Below, piece after piece: positions 25,814-35,241 of a stretch of DNA of 53,611 nucleotides; position 1 is the first letter of the stretch, and each line of letters opens with the position of its first letter. Position numbers and translations under genes: made by a program. The DNA comes from a virus (lineage: Duplodnaviria > Caudoviricetes): the IMG/VR virus record IMGVR_UViG_3300036861_000061, positions 1 through 53,611 of that record. The stretch is one strand, 5' to 3'. The notes under the pieces are model-generated. The model ran no database searches. It was not told where the DNA came from and saw nothing but the letters and a program-made list of their open reading frames with translations.

Positions 25814-27288
25814 TTTACTGTTTCTCCAAGGCCAGGGATATGTTTAGCAGCACTGCGGTCAGGTTTCTTAGTAGAAACACCTAGACCTTTGACACTAATA
25901 CCAGCATGCCAGAGTTTATGAATAGTGCCTCTAGAAAGATAACCAAACTGAGCAATATCCAAAGCAGCAGAAACAACAGCCTCAGGAGTATCAGTAGAAA
26001 GACCAATAGCTTTACGCAATTCTGCACTACTAGAATCCTGCCAAAGATCCTTTGCTAATCCATGACGACCCTGTTTTCCTATGTGAGTCTTAGCAAACGC
26101 AGTAAGTTTACCAAAGTTAGATTGTTGCTTAGTCTGCCCAGCAGGAGCTAGAAGTTTATTACCAAATGGAGTTATACCAGTTTCACCCTTACCTTTACCC
26201 CTACCAGGATGGACTAAATTATTCCAGTTATCAACTTTCTTTTGTCTAGTGGTAGGATCTAAATCGGCAACCTGCTTATGTGTCATACCATTAAAGGCAC
26301 CAGTTGTATACATCTTAGAACCATCACCAGCAGAACGTGGATGAATCTGTCTGTTATATCTACGCTGACGAGCATCTACTTGTGCCTGAGTCATATTAGA
26401 AACAACACTAGGCTTCATACCAGCAAAGGCACCAGACGAATAAGGCTTATCTGCTTTAACAGCAGCAACTTTAGCATCGGCTGCTGCAACATCACTCTTA
26501 AGATTAAGGGTTTGAATAGCGGCACCTTTTTGAAACTCTGTGTCACGGAGATCCATAAGAATTTTAGTAGCAGCTTCACCTTCAGCACCCTTAAGGTCGG
26601 CCGCTTTAGAAAGAAGTTCCTGACGTTGATTAGCCACTCTATTAGCAAGATCCTGCTGTGCTTGAGCAGCCTGAGCAGGGAGCACCGCTTGAGCGGTACC
26701 AACATTTCCTATAAATCCTTGTGATTGTGCTCTAGCAACGTCTTGAGAACCTTGCGCTTGAGCAGCAGCACGCATCTTCTGATCGGCAAACTCAGCAGCA
26801 AGATGAGTTGCCATACCAGCGTCTAGCCCTGTACCCCTGATAGCAGCATCTTGTGCGGCACGATCCTCATAACCCTTTTCCGCTGTGTTGATTGTATTTA
26901 GTAGTCCGGCGCCGGATTGACTGATCTTGTCAGCTAATTGACCGGCGCCCGATACAGCAAGACCTACGGACGGTGCAGTGAGGGAGGCAAGCTGGGAATA
27001 CACATCTCCTATTCGCTGCGATGTTTCACGTTGTTGTCTATCTAAATAGCCACCTTGACGTTTAAGCTCAGCCTCTTGTGGTCCATACTGGCCGCGTACT
27101 ATACGCGCTACTGCTGATTCAAGTGCGGGACCTGATAATACTGCACTAGGATTATAGAGTTGTGCCTTAGCTAGATTACTCTGACGTTTAGCTAATAACG
27201 CAGGAGCATATTTTTTCAGCGTAGCATCGGAGAGCTTGGCTCGCTCTCCTGGATTCTTCAATTTATTAGCAATATCAGAAGGAATCAT
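25810..27288 (-). CDS. Internal virion/ejection protein (Ala/Gln-rich, helical)
   Basis: Composition and position. Confidence 0.6.
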   Translation of the reverse strand: MIPSDIANKLKNPGERAKLSDATLKKYAPALLAKRQSNLAKAQLYNPSAVLSGPALESAVARIVRGQYGPQEAELKRQGGYLDRQQRETSQRIGDVYSQLASLTAPSVGLAVSGAGQLADKISQSGAGLLNTINTAEKGYEDRAAQDAAIRGTGLDAGMATHLAAEFADQKMRAAAQAQGSQDVARAQSQGFIGNVGTAQAVLPAQAAQAQQDLANRVANQRQELLSKAADLKGAEGEAATKILMDLRDTEFQKGAAIQTLNLKSDVAAADAKVAAVKADKPYSSGAFAGMKPSVVSNMTQAQVDARQRRYNRQIHPRSAGDGSKMYTTGAFNGMTHKQVADLDPTTRQKKVDNWNNLVHPGRGKGKGETGITPFGNKLLAPAGQTKQQSNFGKLTAFAKTHIGKQGRHGLAKDLWQDSSSAELRKAIGLSTDTPEAVVSAALDIAQFGYLSRGTIHKLWHAGISVKGLGVSTKKPDRSAAKHIPGLGETVK

Positions 27289-27398
27289 TTCTTACCGCCA
27301 TATCCATGTTTGTGCATGAATATCTTTGCGGCCTTAAGGCCCTTCCTGCGTTTTATGCTAAGGAAGATGGCAACTCTTTGTTTTGGGGGCCAAGGCAT
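27285..27398 (-). CDS. 37-aa basic peptide
   Basis: MPWPPKQRVAIFLSIKRRKGLKAAKIFMHKHGYGGKK; ATGA overlap with the next start. Confidence 0.55.
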   Translation of the reverse strand: MPWPPKQRVAIFLSIKRRKGLKAAKIFMHKHGYGGKK

Positions 27399-27522
27399 TC
27401 TAACCACGCTATTTCCATATGAGCTTTAGCTTTCAACATATCTTCATAAAGTAATTCATTATCAGGATCGAGTCTATGACCCTCTAAATACGTTTGATAT
27501 GCTGATATTTCTTCAGAAAGAA

Positions 27523-28296
27523 TCATCGCTTCCCAAATCCTGGTCTTCTGATAGGCTTAGGTTTAATATAATGCTGTACTATTTGTGATACTAAGTCTGC
27601 TTGAGTAGGAGTAGGAGCAGGAGGGTTATTTATTAAAGCTTGTGTTCGTCTATCCGCCGCCGCTACCCCAGCTTCCTTATACTTAATACCACCAGGTGCA
27701 AATTGAGTTTCAGTAGATGATAAATCTATATCTCTAAGATTCTGTCTACCTGTATAGTCAGCTTTAAGTCCACCAACTTTTTGAGTATAACCTTGAGTTA
27801 TATCACCAATGTTCTGCCCAAGTTGTCCAGAGTAGAAAAGACCAGCTTTATTAGCATTGGTCTTCGCTGATTGGATATCTCGATAGAAAGAACCTTGATT
27901 CAGGGTACCACTGATATCATAGTTGTTAGCTTTAAATTGTCCTTCGGAATTAGCACCAAGCATAGTCAAAGCTCTATCTAGAGCCTCTTTATCTTGTCTA
28001 CCCTGTTCTCCTATTTGAGCTTTATGTGTCCCATAGTACTCATCTATATTGGAAAGACTTAACCAATATGCAGGATCACGAATATCCCCACCACCAGTAG
28101 GAGTAGGAGCAGCAATATTCACACCACCGGCCTGTGAGGCAGCAGGAATATAAGAAGGTTGTACTGCTCCCGGCCTTTGTACGCCACCTAAACCAAAGGG
28201 ACCCCACTGATTAATACGAGGAGCTTGTGGTGCTCTAGGAGCATAGTGAATTGTAGTTTGTTGCCGCTTAGCACGCGGAGGCGGAGTAACAGGCAT
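27523..28296 (-). CDS. Internal virion protein
   Basis: Position after the tail genes; NANKAGLFYSG motif. Confidence 0.55.
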   Translation of the reverse strand: MPVTPPPRAKRQQTTIHYAPRAPQAPRINQWGPFGLGGVQRPGAVQPSYIPAASQAGGVNIAAPTPTGGGDIRDPAYWLSLSNIDEYYGTHKAQIGEQGRQDKEALDRALTMLGANSEGQFKANNYDISGTLNQGSFYRDIQSAKTNANKAGLFYSGQLGQNIGDITQGYTQKVGGLKADYTGRQNLRDIDLSSTETQFAPGGIKYKEAGVAAADRRTQALINNPPAPTPTQADLVSQIVQHYIKPKPIRRPGFGKR

Positions 28297-28829
28297 TATG
28301 TATGGATAAAGTAGTTAACCGTTACAGACAATGGATAGTTACCATCAGTAGCGCTACCACTACCTTCAGTGGTTAGAGTGGAAGTGGCAGTTGCAAATGG
28401 GTTTCTAAGCGCCCCCGTACCTAGGGCAGTTTGAGTACCGTTCTCCCACATGCAGATATTTAATGGGTTGCCAAACACAGGGCCGGTCCCTACGGGGACG
28501 TGTGAATGTGCAGGCATATTAGATCCTGCGCTACCAAACGCTGCGCCCAGTGCATGAGTAGCACCAGCCATTACTAATACTCGCTCTTTACCATCAGGTA
28601 TCTTAGGATCAGAACCAGTAACACCAAACGGTGATCCTAAGCCAACTAAAAGCGTACGTAATGGACTACTTGCCGTAATAGTCCGACCGTCCATTAGTAA
28701 CCATCCACCATGGTCTGCATTTCGTATGGAGGTCTTGATATCACCAGTGTCAAAAACGCGACTAGAAGCCCATTCCCAATTCTCTTGACAATCAGGAGGA
28801 TCTACTAATTGTTGAGGAAGGACAGGCAT
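28296..28829 (-). CDS. Tail-collar domain / short fibre protein
   Basis: TGDIKTS...GWLLMDGRT...PDGKERV, NMPAHSH, VNYFIHT. Confidence 0.8.
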   Translation of the reverse strand: MPVLPQQLVDPPDCQENWEWASSRVFDTGDIKTSIRNADHGGWLLMDGRTITASSPLRTLLVGLGSPFGVTGSDPKIPDGKERVLVMAGATHALGAAFGSAGSNMPAHSHVPVGTGPVFGNPLNICMWENGTQTALGTGALRNPFATATSTLTTEGSGSATDGNYPLSVTVNYFIHT

Positions 28830-29332
28830 TAATTCTCGACTCTGAATTGTAAATCAAAGAAACATAAAGGAGTAGTAGTATTTACAGCAGCGACTGTATT
28901 TCTTATTTCTCCTGTTGTGCTTATTGATATTGGAGAACAAGCACCAACAGCAGCAGTAGTTGAATATGGAATAAAAGATCCATAGGTTTCAATACTTGGC
29001 CTATATCCTATGGGGAGGGTAGCAAGTAGGGTGCTAGCAGCTAAGGTAAAATTACCTCCACCAGGACAAGTATAAATATCATGACGAATATAAACAGTTC
29101 CTGTTGCACTACGATAATAGTATAACGTAGCTGGAGTAAATGTACTAAGAGTTACTGTTAACCAAGATGAAGATGCAAACTTAGCAGCAGTAATAGCAGC
29201 ATTTACTATATTACTTGCATCTACATTTTTTGTAAGAATGAGTTGTAGTTCAGTTAAACAATTAAGTACTTTATTATCTTCTGTGGTTATAGGTTGCCCT
29301 ATAATTGGAACCGCTTGAACTGGTAGAGCCAT
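28829..29332 (-). CDS. Tail fibre/receptor-binding paralog 3
   Basis: MALPVQ...TELQ...ATLPIGYRP...EN. Confidence 0.7.
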   Translation of the reverse strand: MALPVQAVPIIGQPITTEDNKVLNCLTELQLILTKNVDASNIVNAAITAAKFASSSWLTVTLSTFTPATLYYYRSATGTVYIRHDIYTCPGGGNFTLAASTLLATLPIGYRPSIETYGSFIPYSTTAAVGACSPISISTTGEIRNTVAAVNTTTPLCFFDLQFRVEN

Positions 29333-29835
29333 TAATTCTCTGCCTTATATGAACCAAATAAACTATAAGGTCCTCTTGAACTTACTATTCCCTTACTGGA
29401 ACCATCGTCACCCTCTAATGTTGAAAGAACACCAGCGGTAGTAAGCCCAAGAGATCCCATTTGAACTACGGTTCTATTTCCAATAATCATACATTTTATA
29501 GTAGTTCCTGGTCGGTATCCAACAGGAAGTGTCGCTATGGTAGTATTTATGAGTACATCTGCACTAAGACTGTGAGGATCGGCTCTAAATCTCACAATGC
29601 CTAGTGGATCTTTATAGAAAGCAAGAGTTGTAGGAGTCCAAGTTACCCCTCCCCCTAGGGTAACTGTCTGCCAAGGGTCTTGAATGAAATCAGTATAATT
29701 CAAATCAGTCCCTAAATTGACCGTACCAAGAGCAGCAATTATTGTTTGAAGTTCAGAAATACAAGCTAGTGTGGCAGCATCAAAAGTAGCATTTGATGTA
29801 CCCACTACTGGTAATGTTTGAACTGGTAGAGCCAT
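29332..29835 (-). CDS. Tail fibre/receptor-binding paralog 2
   Basis: MALPVQ...SELQ...YKDPLGIV...ATLPVGYRP...KAEN. Confidence 0.7.
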   Translation of the reverse strand: MALPVQTLPVVGTSNATFDAATLACISELQTIIAALGTVNLGTDLNYTDFIQDPWQTVTLGGGVTWTPTTLAFYKDPLGIVRFRADPHSLSADVLINTTIATLPVGYRPGTTIKCMIIGNRTVVQMGSLGLTTAGVLSTLEGDDGSSKGIVSSRGPYSLFGSYKAEN

Positions 29836-30341
29836 TAATTCTCTGCCTTAAATTCTGGTCCACCTACCCAACCACGCGGGGATGATGCTACCACCCATGT
29901 ACCTCCGCGAAAGCGTATATTACCATCTATATCAATTTGTAAAACCCTACTAATCTGATTATTATTTGGATTTAAATTAAGGCATAATCCAAATATTATA
30001 CTAACTCCTGGTCTGTTTCCAGCAGGGAGTGTAGCTATAATTGTATTGTCAGTTATATCTATAGTGGGAGTATAAAATTCTGGTCTAATATGTACAATGC
30101 CAAGAGAATCTTTCCAATAAGCCATGGTGGTAGGTGACCATACACCACCATTAACTAAGGTTAATGTTGACCACGTGGGCTGTGTCTCAATTTTCGCAGG
30201 AGGTATAGTATTATTTGTAATATTTACACTTTCAATAGAAGAAATAATTGTTTGAAGTTCTGTTAAAACATTAACTACTTTCTGATCTTCTGAACTACTT
30301 AATTGTTGTAATCGTGGTAATTGTTGTACAGGGAGAGCCAC
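29835..30341 (-). CDS. Tail fibre/receptor-binding paralog 1
   Basis: MALPVQ...TELQ...WKDSLGIV...ATLPAGNRP...KAEN. Confidence 0.7.
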   Translation of the reverse strand: MALPVQQLPRLQQLSSSEDQKVVNVLTELQTIISSIESVNITNNTIPPAKIETQPTWSTLTLVNGGVWSPTTMAYWKDSLGIVHIRPEFYTPTIDITDNTIIATLPAGNRPGVSIIFGLCLNLNPNNNQISRVLQIDIDGNIRFRGGTWVVASSPRGWVGGPEFKAEN

Positions 30342-31873
30342 TAATTATTCCTTGGAGTGATATAAGGAGTATATGCGTCCATTTCAAATGGATTAATAGA
30401 TGTACTTTGTATTTGGAAACTAAATACTCGACAAACGCCTAATGTGTAAAGGCGTCTAGCAGCTTGTGTTGCATTACCACCAAAAAATCCTTCTACGCCA
30501 GATGTACCACTACCACCATAAGTATTAACAGTACCTGTATAGAAAAATATATCCGTTAAAATTAATGTACTAGATAACCCAAAGTCTTTAGAAATATACG
30601 CATCTACTGTTCCTGCACCATCAACATGAATTTCACGAATACGTTTATTACGATATGGTTCCTGAAGATAACGATGTCTATATACTCCTGAAACACTTAA
30701 CCAAGGACCAGTCCACTGAACAGTATAATTAGCCCCATTATCTTGTAATTGATCTATTACATAGCATTTATCAACTCTAGCTGCTGTAGGTATAGCTGAA
30801 AATAATTCTTGATCTGTTGCAGGACGCCATAGAGCAAACTGATTAGCGGTATTAGTATGTTTCCACCAAGAACTAGTAGTAGTATCATAATCTAATGTTA
30901 AATTATTGGTAGTACCAGTGGTGCAAATAGAAAGATAATAATGATCATTAATAAAACCACCACAAGCACGTTTACGTTGGGCAGCTACTATTCCATCTAA
31001 TGTAGGATCTATTTTAATAGAAATATTTTTTAAACTTTTACCATCTGTAACCCATACACCTTTATCTTGAGATAAGAAAAAAGTACCAATAGGAGTTTCA
31101 GTAATACTTCTATATGCTGCACAACCTAATTGAGAAGATAAAACTCTATTAGCACCTGTGTCTAAGTCGTAGACAACCCATGTTTTCTGCTTCTTAAATA
31201 CTAGGAGATATGGACCAGCAGTACCAATACCAGTAATCGAATCACCATCGGTAGGATCAAAATCAACAACATTCGCTGCTGGCCAAACTCCAGGATTACC
31301 AATATCAGAAAAGAAAAGGCGCGAAGGATTGGTAGTATTCCCAGCTATCCACACACGATTCTTAAAATAAACCATATAAGAACCTGTAGGAACAGTTCCT
31401 GAAGTAGCCACCCAAGTAGCAATAGTACCTGTACCAATCCATCTATACGCAGCAGTTGGATTATTAAAGTAGATTGGTCCTACTGATCCAGCAGTTCCCG
31501 TTCCCGCCTGAATAATAGCCGTATCTAATGGCGTTCCAGTAAACACAGCAGTGTTAATATCAGTAGCTGTTCCAACAGTAGAGACAGAATAGACTTCACC
31601 ATCTTCATCTATTGCAATAAGTACATCTCCTGCCGTTGGTACACCATAGGCTCCAAATAAAGCATGTATTTGAGTAGAGCCAGCATTCAATGCTGTAAAG
31701 TTTGAACAAAACGTAGTACAACCATCACGTTTTTTTATAGAACCACGAACCGTTGTAACCACATTAGAACAATCACGACACTCATTAGCTTCAACTAGAT
31801 ATGGAGCAGATTTAGTATTAAGTCCACCGGTAAAATCAGTTTGACGTAAAGGAATACCTCTCATATATTCCAC
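30341..31873 (-). CDS. Tail stabiliser/nozzle (P22 gp10 or tail tubular B-like beta-propeller)
   Basis: DFTGGLN, FKNRVWIAG, RLFFSDIGNP..W, LLVFK. Confidence 0.8.
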   Translation of the reverse strand: MEYMRGIPLRQTDFTGGLNTKSAPYLVEANECRDCSNVVTTVRGSIKKRDGCTTFCSNFTALNAGSTQIHALFGAYGVPTAGDVLIAIDEDGEVYSVSTVGTATDINTAVFTGTPLDTAIIQAGTGTAGSVGPIYFNNPTAAYRWIGTGTIATWVATSGTVPTGSYMVYFKNRVWIAGNTTNPSRLFFSDIGNPGVWPAANVVDFDPTDGDSITGIGTAGPYLLVFKKQKTWVVYDLDTGANRVLSSQLGCAAYRSITETPIGTFFLSQDKGVWVTDGKSLKNISIKIDPTLDGIVAAQRKRACGGFINDHYYLSICTTGTTNNLTLDYDTTTSSWWKHTNTANQFALWRPATDQELFSAIPTAARVDKCYVIDQLQDNGANYTVQWTGPWLSVSGVYRHRYLQEPYRNKRIREIHVDGAGTVDAYISKDFGLSSTLILTDIFFYTGTVNTYGGSGTSGVEGFFGGNATQAARRLYTLGVCRVFSFQIQSTSINPFEMDAYTPYITPRNN

Positions 31874-32472
31874 ATCCCCTTAACCTGCCGGGGTCCATCA
31901 CCTACAAACTGTCTATCCTCTCCCAATCCTCTAAGAGCCTCTTGATATCTACCAAAATGATACCCATGCATTTGACTATCATCTTCAGCTATATACGCTT
32001 CAGCCACTGCATAACGAATCATCGTCTTATGCCAGTCTAATGGCAGAATAGATACATCATCATTAGCAGATAGATCTACAGGATCCTTATAATACATCAA
32101 AGTTAATATATTGGGGACGTTTGGAGTAGGATATAGAATAATGTTTGATCCTATTGCGTAGGATTCAGGAGCACCAGTAACTTGCCCACCCATATTCCAA
32201 AGAAGAAGATCGTCATATTCTTCAATAGATAGTTTCCATCCAAAATTAGGATCTATTAAACCCTTGACTCGTACAAGATCGGTTGGTTTAGTATAAGTAG
32301 CAGTCCCTGATACCACATTAATAGTAGTAGTTACTAAAAGTTCAGGGATAGTTACTTTTCGTGCTATTTCGGCCTGGGCATCATTTAACCATATCTTAAC
32401 TCGACTCCGATACGTATTAGCATCAAAGCCATAATTAAGAACCTCATCTTGCATTTGTAGATATGTACTCAT
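31861..32472 (-). CDS. Head-tail adaptor (tail tubular A-like)
   Basis: WLNDAQAEI, G.P..Y, ILYPTP, LMYYKDP.DL; position. Confidence 0.8.
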   Translation of the reverse strand: MSTYLQMQDEVLNYGFDANTYRSRVKIWLNDAQAEIARKVTIPELLVTTTINVVSGTATYTKPTDLVRVKGLIDPNFGWKLSIEEYDDLLLWNMGGQVTGAPESYAIGSNIILYPTPNVPNILTLMYYKDPVDLSANDDVSILPLDWHKTMIRYAVAEAYIAEDDSQMHGYHFGRYQEALRGLGEDRQFVGDGPRQVKGMWNI

Positions 32473-32479
32473 GGCATAC

Positions 32480-32508
32480 TTGACAATTCCACTCGAAGTT
32501 GCTATAAT
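32480..32508 (+). promoter_or_regulatory. Perfect sigma70 consensus promoter for the tRNA cluster
   Basis: TTGACA (32480-32485), 17 nt, TATAAT (32503-32508) with extended TG. Confidence 0.9.
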
Positions 32509-32515
32509 CGCACGT

Positions 32516-32588
32516 GCGCCGGTAGCTCAGTGGTTAGAGCGGCAGGCTTATATCCTGTATGTCGTAGGTTCAAATCCTACTCGGCGCA
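32516..32588 (+). tRNA. tRNA-Ile(UAU)
   Basis: GCGCCGG/TCGGCGC acceptor; GCAGG-CTTATAT-CCTGT anticodon arm; canonical D and T arms. Confidence 0.9.
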
Positions 32589-32589
32589 T

Positions 32590-32660
32590 TACCGGCTCGT
32601 CTAAAGGCAGGACATAAGGTTTTGGTCCTTATAATCTAGGTTCGACTCCTAGGCCGGTAG
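32590..32660 (+). tRNA. tRNA-Gln(UUG)
   Basis: TACCGGC/GCCGGTA acceptor; TAAGG-TTTTGGT-CCTTA anticodon arm; G73. Confidence 0.9.
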
Positions 32661-32663
32661 TAT

Positions 32664-32737
32664 GGCGCTATAGACTAATTGGATAAGTCCCTAGTCCTTC
32701 AAACTAGATGATGCGGGTTCAAATCCCGCTAGCGCTA
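32664..32737 (+). tRNA. tRNA-Glu(UUC) with atypical C33
   Basis: GGCGCTA/TAGCGCT acceptor; CTAGT-CCTTCAA-ACTAG anticodon arm. Confidence 0.75.
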
Positions 32738-32741
32738 TTAG

Positions 32742-32813
32742 GCCCCCGTAGCTCAACGGTAGAGCAAAGGTCTTTTAAACCTGAGGTTGTGGGTTCGATT
32801 CCCTCCGGGGGTA
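32742..32813 (+). tRNA. tRNA-Lys(UUU)
   Basis: GCCCCCG/CGGGGGT acceptor; CTTTTAA anticodon loop; one mismatch each in the anticodon and T stems. Confidence 0.88.
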
Positions 32814-32831
32814 TTAGAAAGGAAATACACC

Positions 32832-32900
32832 ATGAATGAACATAACTGGTATTGGTTCTTAATCGTAACAATCCTAATAGGATTCATTTTACATGGCTGA
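32832..32900 (+). CDS. 22-aa single-TM peptide
   Basis: AGAAAGGA SD; MNEHNWYWFLIVTILIGFILHG. Confidence 0.5.
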   Translation: MNEHNWYWFLIVTILIGFILHG

Positions 32901-33122
32901 TTACATTACTCATCAGAGCATAACAAAAGTTATACTCTAATGGCTAAAGTACAAATAGAACGATACTACGGACCATCTCATTATTGGGGTTGTATGTATC
33001 CACCCACTACACCTACCATTCGGCCTTATCTATTGAAATTTAGAGCACTTTGTCTGCCAGATAAACCACAAGAAGAACCAGAACAAGAAATACAAGAAAA
33101 CCAATAGCAGTATTAACAGCAC

Positions 33123-33293
33123 TCATTTAGGTTTCATTCCTTTCATTTTCCTGTGTGCAGCAGCAGCTTGTTGGAATCTTTTCTTTCCATACTTCTTCCT
33201 TCCAATAGAAGCCGCTACTGCACCAGGATTACTAACTCCACCATGAGCAGCAATCTTAGCCTTTAGACGATCAAATCCTAAATACTCAGCCAT
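33123..33293 (-). CDS. 56-aa basic protein
   Basis: MAEYLGFDRLKAKIAAHGGVSNPGAVAASIGRKKYGKKRFQQ...; TAATG coupling. Confidence 0.7.
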   Translation of the reverse strand: MAEYLGFDRLKAKIAAHGGVSNPGAVAASIGRKKYGKKRFQQAAAAHRKMKGMKPK

Positions 33294-33541
33294 TAAGCTG
33301 CCTCTGTATTTACTAATTGAATGCGGCTATAAAAGATTCCACGATCCTCTGCATTAAGATTACACGCATCTCCTATAATATAAGCAATCTGTAGCTTATC
33401 ATGTTGAGATAAGGTAGATAAGGCAATAGCATCAGCTAATTGGTCACGCTGTAGTTTAGTAAGTTCATCCAAACCACGCTGACGCTTTTCAACTCCCTTC
33501 ATATCAGCTTCATGTTGTAACTGAGTTCTTCTTTTATGCAT
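33293..33541 (-). CDS. Hypothetical protein
   Basis: Coupled ORF. Confidence 0.6.
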   Translation of the reverse strand: MHKRRTQLQHEADMKGVEKRQRGLDELTKLQRDQLADAIALSTLSQHDKLQIAYIIGDACNLNAEDRGIFYSRIQLVNTEAA

Positions 33542-33978
33542 TAATACACATCCGGTGGTATATAGATAGGACCAGGGCGACCTTTTTTAAGGTCGCTTTT
33601 TATTGCGTGTGCTAGGTGTTCTGATAGTTCTCCGACCTGTTGGGAGAACTGATAATCCTTATCAGCGTCGATTTGAGCCTCCCGAGCGGTCAGGTCGGCT
33701 CCAACGTCGTAGTCCGATCGGCAGACCTCTCTGCATCGCTGGATGACCCTTCCATCAAGGACTTCAGCAGTGAGGACGAGATGATTCCTTCCATGCGCCG
33801 CAGCCCCTTCGAGATAGATCATAAAGTATCTCCCCTCAAATGAGTAGGACACTCGTAGTCGGGAATCTATCTCTAGGAGTTGTTTGGCTATACCACTGAC
33901 ATCATTGTCTATAACAATAGTCTTTCCCCCGCGACCGCGGATGACTTGATCTACGGTTGCAGGAATAATAGAAATCAT
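33541..33978 (-). CDS. Hypothetical late protein
   Basis: Coupled ORF, 145 aa. Confidence 0.7.
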   Translation of the reverse strand: MISIIPATVDQVIRGRGGKTIVIDNDVSGIAKQLLEIDSRLRVSYSFEGRYFMIYLEGAAAHGRNHLVLTAEVLDGRVIQRCREVCRSDYDVGADLTAREAQIDADKDYQFSQQVGELSEHLAHAIKSDLKKGRPGPIYIPPDVY

Positions 33979-34208
33979 ACTAGACTTTGAATATCTTGTA
34001 ATGGGACACGGGCTGTAGTGGCCGTAACAGGATCAGCATATAGCGCTGATGTGGGATTACTTACTAAAGTACCACCAGATACTAATGTAGTTGTGGTTAA
34101 CACAACATGGGGAGTTGAAGGGCCACCAACAACCACTGCACCAGGTTGTATACTATTAAAGGTCCCACTTAATGGGGGGCATGATTTATTTAATGTGAGA
34201 GTAGCCAT
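33975..34208 (-). CDS. Small putative virion protein
   Basis: Thr/Val-rich ORF in the late operon. Confidence 0.55.
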   Translation of the reverse strand: MATLTLNKSCPPLSGTFNSIQPGAVVVGGPSTPHVVLTTTTLVSGGTLVSNPTSALYADPVTATTARVPLQDIQSLV

Positions 34209-34258
34209 TAGAGTGCAATTCTTATTGTGCTCTGATGAGCAATGTAATTAGCCATTGA

Positions 34259-34459
34259 TTATGCAACAGTAATGGACGCAACCTGATCCATAACTGCCGC
34301 TCCGGCAGTAGCAGAATCTTGTCTGCATCCATGATTAGTACGAGTTGTTAGTCCAGTAGTACCAGTAAACTCAAGTTTACCGGAGTCAGCTCTATAAGTA
34401 ATACTTGTAGCAGTGAACTGTTCACCACTGTTCATTGTGATAGTAGCTGTATAAGCCAT
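34259..34459 (-). CDS. Small putative virion protein
   Basis: AAGGA SD; Thr/Ala-rich. Confidence 0.6.
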   Translation of the reverse strand: MAYTATITMNSGEQFTATSITYRADSGKLEFTGTTGLTTRTNHGCRQDSATAGAAVMDQVASITVA

Positions 34460-34466
34460 GATTTCC

Positions 34467-34826
34467 TTAAATTAAATTGTTTGCTACGGCAACAACTAGA
34501 GAAATAATAAAAGTAGCACAACCGACAGCAATAGCAATAAATCTACGATTAGCAGAGTCAGTATTTTCAATAGCTTGCACTCGTCTATCAATAGTAGCCA
34601 TTTGCGTACGAGTTGCCTCTGCAAACTCCTTGGTAGCATAACTACCACGTTCTGAATTGATCTGATCCCTTAATTCATTCATTCCCTCAAGACGACGATC
34701 TATCTCCTTGCGAGCCACTAGTAGAGCTTCATTTTCCTGATTACTACGTTCTTCCAAGACAGCCACCTTGATTTTTAATTCCTCACATTCACGAGTGCGT
34801 GCTCGTAGGTCATCGCTTTCTGTCAT
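34467..34826 (-). CDS. Coiled-coil protein with a C-terminal TM helix (possible lysis accessory)
   Basis: Heptads followed by FIAIAVGCATFIISLVVAVA. Confidence 0.6.
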   Translation of the reverse strand: MTESDDLRARTRECEELKIKVAVLEERSNQENEALLVARKEIDRRLEGMNELRDQINSERGSYATKEFAEATRTQMATIDRRVQAIENTDSANRRFIAIAVGCATFIISLVVAVANNLI

Positions 34827-34844
34827 CTCCCAATTCCTTTTGGT

Positions 34845-34876
34845 AAAAGGCCCCCCTCCGAAGAGGGGGACCCTTT
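34845..34876 (-). terminator. Intrinsic terminator after the capsid genes
   Basis: Minus strand GGUCCCCCUC-UUCG-GAGGGGGGCC-UUUU. Confidence 0.85.
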
Positions 34877-34878
34877 CA

Positions 34879-35232
34879 TTACTCGGAAGGTGCTACAGCA
34901 TCGCCCTTTCCAATAGCCATGAAGCTAAAGAGGTGAGCTATGGTCGCAGTTGTCTGTGCTAATGGAACAGCAGCACCAACAGCAGCAGTTGCATTCACGA
35001 ATGCAATCTTGTTGTCAGTTTCATCCCATTGCACCACAAAGAACGAAGTCTGGCCAGCATCAGCAGCCACACCAGGTTCAAAGTGTGTCAGGTTGTTCAA
35101 ACCTAACAATGACGGGGCTAAAACGTCACCACCAACGGTAGTGGCGCCAGCAGCCGAAATACGACCAATGACCATTTTACGATCACCAATGCTAAACACC
35201 CTACGCTTTGTAACAGTAAAGGTAACAGCCAT
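34879..35232 (-). CDS. Probable capsid decoration/minor head protein
   Basis: Directly follows the capsid gene, before the terminator; Ala/Val/Thr-rich. Confidence 0.6.
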   Translation of the reverse strand: MAVTFTVTKRRVFSIGDRKMVIGRISAAGATTVGGDVLAPSLLGLNNLTHFEPGVAADAGQTSFFVVQWDETDNKIAFVNATAAVGAAVPLAQTTATIAHLFSFMAIGKGDAVAPSE

Positions 35233-35241
35233 GCTGCCCCC

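Noticed and set aside
28829-30341. Diversity-generating retroelement acting on the fibre paralogs
   Set aside because: No reverse transcriptase and no near-identical TR/VR pair with adenine-specific differences.
32664-32737. UCA (opal suppressor/Sec) tRNA and genetic-code reassignment
   Set aside because: The stem register gives loop CCTTCAA with anticodon TTC. Long genes read through in the standard code and TGA is used as a normal stop.
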